Source: a virus
Lineage: Duplodnaviria; Caudoviricetes
IMG/VR virus record: IMGVR_UViG_3300012007_000015
Location: 16,927-80,926 of that record
DNA length: 64,000 nt
Reading direction: 5' to 3' (one strand)
The notes under the pieces are model-generated. The model was not told the DNA's origin. It ran no database searches and saw nothing but the letters and a program-made list of their open reading frames with translations. The translations under genes and the position numbers were made by a program. Shown piece after piece: positions 55,101-64,000 of this stretch. Every line of letters starts with the position of its first letter. Positions within the stretch are counted from its first letter, which is position 1.

Positions 55101-58100
55101 TGATTGTAAGTTTTCATAAGATAAGTAATATTTAATTAATTATATAGATTAATTATTATATTCACGTGCGCGCGTTTACCAGTACTTAGCAACAATATGA
55201 ACAACCATACACAAGAGTAATAGTATCCATGCGTTCCACCAAGTGAGGGTCACAACGAAAGCTGCGGCAGCACATATAGCCAGTGCAGCGGCCACGATGA
55301 TTAAAATGGATTGTGTTGTCTTCATAGTCACTCCTCGTATCTAATGAATGATAGTATAGTTTCCAAGTCCCAATCGTCGCACACACCCTCCATGATTTCG
55401 TGAGCATGGTTAATCGCCCATTCTCCGTCGTCTTCAGGACTTTCGTCGAATTTCTCGATGTATTCCTCGCTGTCTCTGAATGCGATAGCAATAAGTATGT
55501 GCATGAACCTTGTCCTGTACTTGTCGCTCTTCCATGCAGCGTTAATCTTGCGAACAAGCTCTGGATTGTGGGAATTGTATGTGTCCATGATGTCTGAGCG
55601 AGCAGAGAGCCATTGAAGAATGGGTGCAAGGTACTCTTGTTTAATATCCTTTTCCGTCAGAGTGATTGTGTCTTCCGTGTTGTCTTTATCGCAACCGAAG
55701 ATTACAAGATTTCCAACGTCGTCTCTCTCTATAGATACAAGGTCAAAGACAACGTCAGTCTTGTCGAGCGTGAACGTAACGACTCCATATCTTGTCTTGT
55801 CGTAGTCGTCGAAGGATTTCTGAAGATTCTCTTCAAGAGCAAGGCGGTTCATGACATCTTGATATACTCTTGTACGGTGCAGGAGTTCGATATTGATATG
55901 GTCTCGAAGCTTGATAACAAACTCTTTCCCGTACGACGAAGTGAGATGATTGATTATGCTTTCAAGGTCTCCTTCAAACCCACAGAGCGTAGCTAACTCT
56001 CCGTTGACCTTGAATGTGAACGGACTCTCTTCTAACAACAAGTCCAATCGCAGGTTATTAGCTTGTTCTCTGATGTCGTCCACCGCGTTCTTGTAGTTAA
56101 TCTCGTCTGCATCGGGCAGAGCCTCGATAACCTTGCTCAACTCTCCGTAAACAAAGTTAAAGCACTCCCAATCCCCATGGCTGACATCTCCGTCGCATGA
56201 CGCTCTGAAAACAACAAACCTGTCCTTGTCAAGACGGACGTCTGAGACTCTCACATATTGTCCTTGATTGCCAAGTAGCTCTATGGCAGGCTCGAAGTGC
56301 CATGAATCTCGCTGACGTCCGTAGCGAAGGTCATACTGCTTTTCCAAAAACTTCTGAATGATGTCGCGCTCGTCGTACATACACTCATTCCACTTTTCTC
56401 TTAATTCTTCGGGATAATTCATAATCTTAATGTTTTAATATTAATATCTTGTTGCGCCGACAGGAAATGTGTCTGGCACTGTTTCTTCTGTCATGGATTG
56501 TAATACACTCTCCATCATATCTACATCGACACACACGTCCTCTGCATTTTTCAGTGTGCGCCCGTATGACCAATCGTCCGCCTCGTATTCCAGCCACAGG
56601 ATTCCACCTTCTTTGTGGATGTACCACCACAGGTAGTAGCGCTCGTCTGTCTGAAAGCCGCCGTTCAGATAGACCTTTTTGCCTCTTGGTATCTGCTTCT
56701 TAATCTGCTTCACAAGTTTGTCATAGTATGTCATATTATATTGTTTTAAAAGTTGGTTTCTCAAAAAGCGGATGCGCAGCAGTACGCCACGCACCCTAAG
56801 TATTAACATTTAAACATTGAGATTTTCATTATATCGCTTTGCGGGCTTGTCGATAGTGTTCACACCTCGGTTAATTCCTCAATCTTATACCCAGCCTGCT
56901 CTATCAGCTCCTTTTCGTTGAGTTTTCCATAGAATCCCCAGCAGGAGTCGGTCTCGTTCCATTCCTCTTCCTCATACTCCTCGTCGTCCCTATCAACGTT
57001 TGTGTAACGCTTATTGATGATGCTCTTTATGCAGTCCTCTACGACAAAGCCATAGACCTCATTATCACTCCAAGCCTTCAGTTCGTCAAGCAGGAACTCA
57101 ATCTCGTCAAGACTTTTCTCTTTCCAAACTTGCTCCTCTTTCTTTACCCATTCAGAGTTGTCTCCGCCTGCGTACTTTAAGAACTCGTCCTTCTCCAGCC
57201 AGCAGATACCCTCAGATTTACATGAAACGTCATCACTGAATGAGACTTCTCCATGGTAGCCAAAGCTATAGCTTGCCATCTTTATTCCGTCAGTCATGCA
57301 GTGCTCAACGAGATAGTCGATAGTTCCGTCATGGACGCAGTCTAAAACGTCGCATACGTCAAGGTCGTACTTGACGCAGTCATAGTAGTTGTTTAAGCTC
57401 CAGCCCTTCTCATTCTTCTGTTCGGAGATATTAAAGTACATCATATAGCTCTTCAACTCCCACATCTTCTCTGAGCGGTTGTACACGAGTGCGTCGTTGA
57501 ATAACGACTTTCCGTCAGTCATGTGCTTGCCATTCCATACGAGAATGTCTATAATCTTCTTCCAATCTCCGTAGTTATTAAGCATATACTCAAGGAACTT
57601 GCGTGCGCTCTCCGATTTGGACTCTCGCTCATCCTTTGTCATGATGGAATATCCTCGTGCCCAATCCTCACAATGCAGCGGCTCGTCCGTCGTACCACGA
57701 GGGTTGTCTGGATACTCTTCACAATAGATACTGATTCTCGTGTTCCCGTCCTTGGTCAGGAACCTCTTTACATAATCTTGTGCCATAGTCGTAAATGTTT
57801 TATGTTAATCATTCCATTTTCTGTACTTATCCTCGCTATCAAAAGCCTCGTTCATAACTTTGCACATGTCGTCATATTTTAACTGCGTTATTTTGCAGAA
57901 CACTTGCGGATAGCCATTGAAGCAGTCGCAAACAAGTCGTGTGGCAGAACCAAACACACCATTATGAGTGCCAAATGATTCGCGAAACTTAAATCTTGAA
58001 GATAATTCTTTAAGGACATTGTTTCCTTCTTTTACAGCATCCTCCAACGTATCATAAACTCCAATCGTAACTTCTTTTGATTCAAAGTCAGAAGCATATT

Positions 58101-61100
58101 CTGATTTTGGAATAACATGATAACGAAACTCGATTGTTAATAATTCTTTGTTCATTTTTATATTATTTTTAAGTTAAACTTCAATTCAAAATGTCCGTCG
58201 GGTATCTCACGACAGCCAACGGACTCAATAGTATCAATCTAAAACATACGCAAATAAGTGGCTGCGACCACATCAAAGTGTAGGCTCTAAGACCATCGCA
58301 GCCGTCCGCGTTGATAGTGAACGCTACTTGAACGTGAACACAAATCTGTCCCACGTTTTGCCTTCGTCCCACTCCATCTTTCCGCCAAGGAACTCGGCAA
58401 TGGCATAGTAGCAGTTAGAGCCAATGCCGCCCTCGAAGTATGGATACCACTTCTTGTCAGCACCTGCGCCTACGTACTGAATGCCGTATGGTGCTTTCTT
58501 GCGAGAGTTGCGCTTGCGCCATGCCATGCCCTTTGCGACCTTGTTGAAAGCGTCCGCAACAACTTGCGACAACTTGTCGTAGCCATAGCCACTTGCGTAT
58601 TCCGAGCCGTTCATAAACGAGCCGTCCTTGAACCAACAGCTCCACTCAGCACGAGGACAATTACCCCACCAACGTGACTTCTTCCATTCAACGTCTATCC
58701 GCAGACGCTTGATGTTCGGCATAGAGAACGTTCGTTCGTTCTCTGCATTCTTCTTTGCCAAGTGCGCGAGGAATCCACGCTCTGTCTTATAGCTGTTGTT
58801 CTTCACTTCGTAGTCCAACACTCCCTTTGTAATCCAAGGGAACTGCTTTGCCAATTCTTTCTTGTTCATAGCCTTCATTTTTTTATGTTATTTACTTTCT
58901 CTTTAGTTCTTGAACTCTCTTGTATAATGGGGATGTAGTCCACATCCCAAACTCACTCCGAAGAACAACAAGGACATCCTCGATGCCCTCGTTGTATGCT
59001 TTCTGTTGTATTTCCATGTTCGTTTACTTGTTTGTTAATCCATTCTTTTGCCTCTCTCAACGTATTGAAGCAGACGTTGCGTCCGTCCTTGTTTACGTTC
59101 CAGTAGTAGCCGTCACGCCCACCTTCGTAGATGTAGCGTGACAGCTTGCCGATGTTATAGCCCTTGTATCTCATTGTACATTCTCTCCATTTCTTCGTAT
59201 GCTATATCGTGGCATCCAGCAGTAAGGATGTCGTTCTTGTATGATACTATCTCATATTTGCCACTACCCTTCGTGTCTATCGTCATACGTTTGAAGGTGC
59301 TTGGGTTCTCATGCCACTTGCTGACAATCTTCCACATCTTCTTGCAGACCTCCACAGGGATGCGGATATTCTTAGATGTTTCCACCTTGTCCTTGTTGAG
59401 ATTCAGACGCAGGAGGACGTTGCCACCATAGTAGTAGTAGCCGTCGGACACAAGGGCAACTTCTTCGTATAGGCTCTCCGATTCGGGAAGGGATGTCAAG
59501 TGATTGCGCCATAGGTTTCTGCAACCCTCAGCACCCTCGCTGACAAATTCCTGTATCTGCTCTTCCTTGATTTGCGCCATGTACTCACGCTCCTTGCGCT
59601 CTTCCTCCTCTCGCTTGAGCCGTGCAATCTCTTCCGCACGTCTCTGAGCCTCCTCGTCAGCATAGTGTTTGTCCTGCTTGCGGATGAACCCAAGACACAG
59701 ACTATACTCTGCGGCTGTAGTGTTCGTTATTAGGTAGTCGTCATTGAGATACACGTCATCATCCCAAGAATGTTCCTTCACTTTTGTGTGCGCCTTGATG
59801 CGCTCAAGGGTAAGTATTGCCTTGCGGTTGTCGGCAACTTCCTTGCACTCTGAATAGAAGTCTGCAATCCACTGCTCCTTGTCCTTACTCTTGCGGAATC
59901 CTTCGTAATCGAAGGATACGCTCGTGTTAAGCCAGTAGAAACCAAATATATGCTTACCGCTGCACTCATATACAACACCGCTGTCCTTGTTGACGCAGTT
60001 GTTGTGTACGTATTTCTCGTAGCCGCCGCCCCAAGATTTCTGCTTCGGCTCGAAACCTACAATCCACTTGTAGGCGTTGCGCATATTCTTGTTGTACTTC
60101 TGCTCTCGCTCGTTTTCATGCTTCTTATACTCCTTGTTGGCAATTGCTCGGAAGTGCAACTCCACACGCTCCTTTGCGGTCAGATTGCGGATGTCGTCTG
60201 CACTCATTTCGTGGTCAAGTACGTTGTAACCACCCCACTTCTCATAAGGTGAACGGATGCCCAGACGCTTACACAAAGCGTCAACCTTTGCCCGCTTGTC
60301 TGCTGACTTGCGGTACCTTGCGCAGTAGTCCCAATACTTCTTGAACGTACCCTCGCCGAAGAGTGCGTCTGTCAGCACTTCGACGTTGCGCTCTCCGTCC
60401 TTCAGCATCTTCGCAAGTTTTACCTTGTTCTTGTCCTTGCTCTGCTTGCACCACTTGTTAATCGTGGTGTCCTTGTACAGGCTGCACAACTCCTCTATAT
60501 ATCCCCATGCGGAGAAGTCCACTTTCTCCAAACCCTTCTTCTTGCCTCCGTTGATGGCTGCAATCTGGTCGTAGATGCGCCCGACGTAGTGGTCTATCAT
60601 CTGCATCCTGTGGTACACCTTAAAGTCCTCGTCACTGAAGTTGTACTCTAAGAGTTCGCAGTTGCGCCAACCATAGTACGAGTTGCAGCCAAAGTCCAAC
60701 GGGAACACATGCACGTCGTCAGGGAAATACCACTGACCCAACTTGTGCCTGCTGCTGCTTGGGGATGTGCTGCCGTCGAAGATTGCCACCACGTTCTTAC
60801 TGATGTCCAGCCACTGACCAAATACTGTGCCGTATGAGTAGTAATTTCTACGCTCGTAACGTACATTGCCCGACTTGATGCAGCCGTTCTTACCCTCTAA
60901 CTTGTTCGCAAATCTGTGCTGAATGTCTGAATAATTCATAATTAAATCTCCTTTGTTTTAAATTGTTAATACTATTTGTTAAAAAACTGTTGATACTTTT
61001 TCTTTCTCGAAGCAGAGTGAATGCTCTACCCAGTCAAGCACTTCAAGAAGTGTTCTGTTCTCAAAGTTTGTAACACCTCGACCATGACCATGAGAGCGTT

Positions 61101-62196
61101 GGCGACCATACCCCTCTTCGTAGTCATAGTAGAACACTACACGGATAACTCCGTCAAGCAAGTTGCCCAATAATACTTCTGTTGTCTTCATAGTCGTGTC
61201 TATTTATTGGTTCATTATTTCTTCTTTGATGTCGCCGTACACCATGCGAACATTACGCCCAGCCTCGGACGACCTACCCTCTTTTGCAGCTTTCTCCATA
61301 AGCGCAGTTAAGACTATCTCTTTCGAGAAATCGTCTAAATGAATCGTGTATATTTTCATAATTCCTGCTTTTAGATTAATACTATTTATTAATACCTAAA
61401 ATTTCCTTCTCCTCCTCCGTCCAATGAAACGCAGTCGGTGCATAGAACTTGATTGCATAGTCCACAAGTGCCTGCCGATACGTGTCCGACAACTCTGCAA
61501 AAAAGCGGTTCATTACCGCATGACAGCCGTAGTCGTCATATATGCTGTTCCACTTGCCCATAAGGTGTTTCTTGAACACATTACCTTCTCCGTTCTGCTT
61601 GCAGATGTAGTCTATCATGCCCTCAACATCGGGGAAGTTATAGCCAAAGTACACCCATACCTTTGCCACTAAAAACGCTTTCTTGTCCATATTCAGTCCT
61701 CCTAACACTCTAAAAACATCACTAAATCCAACGTATCTCCGAAGTTCTGCTGCTCAAGATAGTCGAGAGCCTTCTTGTTGCTACGAAGTTCACGCAGCAA
61801 CCTACCATAAAACCCCTGTGACTGCGCAAGTGAAGCCACTGCGCTCAAAATCTGTTCCTTGTTCATGTTATATCCTCCTGTTGTTTAATAAAGTTCTGAA
61901 TTTACTACTTCCTGCTGCACTGCAATGCTCTCTTGATTGAAAATCTTCTTCAATGTACCGCATAGCGTCCTGACCTGCTCCTGCTCCGCAAAAAGCAACT
62001 CAATACGCAAAGTCGTCTCGGTTACGATTGTGCCGTCGTCGTGCTTGTAGATGCCCTTTGCCTCAAAGATAGTGCCTCCGTCAAAGTCCTCGCTTATAAG
62101 GTTGCTTACTACCTTGTACGCCTCAATCGTGCTAATTTCCTGCTGCTTGCTGTCCTTGTCATTCAGACCAAGGTACAACGTGAATTTTTTAATCAT
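52105..62196 (-). CDS. Early-region array of more than 25 co-oriented hypothetical genes (incl. 55328-56422, 56860-57786, 58324-58878, 59155-60939, 61885-62196)
   Basis: Dense minus-strand ORFs with AT-rich leaders. None confidently assignable; 61885-62196 resembles DUF3574-type ferredoxin-like proteins. Confidence 0.65.
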
Positions 62197-62634
62197 GCTT
62201 TTAATGTTTTAGAGTTGATACTTATGTTTAGAAAATGTTCCTGCTTTTGCAAACACAGGTCAGCCTACTCCCTGCAAAACGCTTTGTTGTAATGGAGTTG
62301 CCGATATTGCCTGCTTTTTCCTTTGATGCGCTGTTCTTTGCTTTTTTCGCACACCGCGCACCTTTGCAGGCTGCAAACAGACCTTCTGCTCCCATGCTTT
62401 CAATCTGCTCCATGCAATAAGCGTAGTTACTTAGTCGCTGACGATGTGGTCGGGAGTGCTGATAGTGAACGGCACCCTTCTTTGGTGCAAGTGCGCACAA
62501 TTCGGGGCAAAGTTGTCCTAATGTTGCCATAGTTTTTCCATGTTTTAAAGTTGATACCGACACCCTACAATACTTTGCAGGGTGTCTCGTCGCAATTTTC
62601 AGCGTACTCGTCAGGGTATCTCTAAATCGTAGAT

Positions 62635-63246
62635 TTATGCAGCCTTCTTGTTTGTCTTCATCCACTTTCCATCCTTACGGATGACCTTTGTCCATTCGGG
62701 CTTCTGAGAAGTTCCGCAGTTGATATAACCTTCGGTTATTGCCTCTGCTTTGGCTGCTGCTTTGGCTACCTTAGTAGCCCAAGTATCAGATAGAGCACAC
62801 TGAACCAAGCCATCCACTACTACGTCAGTAGTAGGAGCGATGTGCTTTTTCTTGTCGAATTGGCTATCTGTCTCCGAAAGAATTGTGCGTTTTTCGTAAA
62901 CTGAAACTCGGCTATAGTCGCCACTCTCCTTGAGAGTGTAGAGGGTGTAGTCCTTGCCACCTACCTCTACGAGGTAGCCAACCGACTTCCACATCTGAAG
63001 GTCTCCGCTTTCGGTCTTTAGACCGCCCCACCAAGCAGTAAAGATATGGGAGGCATTTAGCTTTGCTAAAGAGGGAACAAACACGTGGAGGGTCTGCATA
63101 GCAGAAAGCATAGCTTTCCCCTGCTTGGTGTTGGCAGGCTCTTGGAAAGACCTTGCAACGGCGTTAAAAGTGTGGGTACTCTGCTTTGCAGTCTTTGCAG
63201 CGTTGCGAACTTGGCTCTTGTTGTTGTTATTCTTGCGTGTTGTCAT
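62635..63246 (-). CDS. Hypothetical protein, first gene after the structured leader
   Basis: 203 aa basic ORF, MTTRKNNNNK... Confidence 0.7.
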   Translation of the reverse strand: MTTRKNNNNKSQVRNAAKTAKQSTHTFNAVARSFQEPANTKQGKAMLSAMQTLHVFVPSLAKLNASHIFTAWWGGLKTESGDLQMWKSVGYLVEVGGKDYTLYTLKESGDYSRVSVYEKRTILSETDSQFDKKKHIAPTTDVVVDGLVQCALSDTWATKVAKAAAKAEAITEGYINCGTSQKPEWTKVIRKDGKWMKTNKKAA

Positions 63247-63890
63247 AAAATGCGGCTTGACCGTGGTGCCGTAGGGCTGAAAGATTGATACTTAAAAAAC
63301 TTGTTTTTTGGCGACCATGTCGGGTGCCGACCCCGAAGATTACGTAACCCTGTAGAGTTACGACCTAATGCCGTAGGCATGGTCTTTTGGCCTGCAATCT
63401 GCTTTGCGTACTCCGCCACCCAATACATTGCCGCGATGTTCAAAGCTTATGCTTTGCCTGCCGCTGGTTCAACACCACCTTCCACGTCGGCGAAAATATC
63501 TCACTTTAGTGAGGCTTGCTTTCGGTTGTCTCACGACAACCCTGTAAGACCAACCACTGCTATGCTCTTTTGGAGGTACTTTCGGGGCGTTTCCCTAAGT
63601 AGGGAAATAGAGCTTTTGGCTACTTCTGCACCCCAAAAGCAATTAGATAAATCTAATTGGCTCGTAGTGCTGCCTAACGGCTTGTGTTTCTTCGTCACCC
63701 TAAAGGGTGTCACTCACGTTGCGGTTCGTCCTTGTCGGCTACGCTTATCTTTCCTGCCCTTCCCAAGTGGGAAGGGTGTAGGTCTGGAATACTCACTTCT
63801 ACAATTGTAGAAGTTTTCCTCGAACTACCAGAGCTTCACGTAGGAGTGAAAAACTAAATCAAAAACAAAATCACTTCCGCCGAAATGACT
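63247..63890 (-). ncRNA. Candidate large structured ncRNA / 5' leader (~640 nt)
   Basis: At least 13 hairpins, GUGA (GNRA) and cUACGg (UNCG) tetraloops on the minus strand, directly downstream of a promoter, no convincing ORF. Confidence 0.55.
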
Positions 63891-63894
63891 GATG

Positions 63895-63925
63895 CAAAGA
63901 TAATACGAGAAACTGCAAAGTCAAG
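63895..63925 (-). promoter_or_regulatory. Bacteroidota sigma-A promoter heading the early region
   Basis: CTTG-N19-TATCTTTG. Confidence 0.75.
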
Positions 63926-64000
63926 TGCTATTTAACAGTTAATTTTTTATTACAAAGTTATAATATACAAGTATATTATATATATAGCTTTTTGTGTTAA

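Noticed and set aside
50880-61380. Recurrent TATTAACAATTTAAAA-like leader before many early genes
   Set aside because: Consistent with the usual AT-rich, SD-less Bacteroidota translation initiation context rather than a special element.
63243-63810. ORFs 63301-63810 (+), 63243-63443 (-) and 63531-63713 (-)
   Set aside because: No protein-like motifs; the plus-strand ORF opposes the promoter direction; the region is better explained by RNA/DNA secondary structure.
1-64000. Stop-codon reassignment (seen in some Bacteroidota phages)
   Set aside because: Recognisable genes are full-length under the standard code, TAG/TGA/TAA all terminate genes at expected positions, and no suppressor tRNA was seen.
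1-64000. Prophage attachment site or host-phage junction
   Set aside because: No host housekeeping genes, tyrosine integrase or att-like repeat pair is visible; the tRNA-Phe sits mid-operon behind a phage promoter.

Overview
The whole 64 kb window appears to be part of a tailed dsDNA phage or prophage (siphovirus-like gene set) infecting Bacteroidota, probably Prevotella-like. About ten TTTG-N19/20-TAnnTTTG Bacteroidota sigma-A promoters support this, and no host housekeeping block or attachment junction is visible. Layout: (1) 1-5.7 kb, minus-strand head/neck/tail-tube operon; (2) 5.9-19.6 kb, divergent plus-strand operon with intein-containing large terminase, portal, lysis genes, a second tail-tube paralog, a BspA-LRR protein and a 1851-aa tail protein; (3) 19.8-23.3 kb, a separately promoted 7-gene cassette of unknown function; (4) 23.4-63.2 kb, a long minus-strand early/middle region (GNATs, two free-standing homing endonucleases, beta clamp, tRNA-Phe, MazG, RecT/exonuclease/SSB, TrpF-like protein, alphaCTD regulator, DNA methyltransferase, putative replication initiator, serine recombinase, many small hypotheticals); (5) 63.25-63.9 kb, a ~640-nt hairpin-dense non-coding leader or ncRNA behind a strong promoter. 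The most notable observations are this candidate large structured RNA, the 7-gene cassette, a perfect 102-bp inverted repeat shared by the two tail-tube paralogs and bracketing the head/packaging/lysis block, and in-frame domain cassettes flanked by short direct repeats. All product calls are motif- and synteny-based by eye; no database searches were run.
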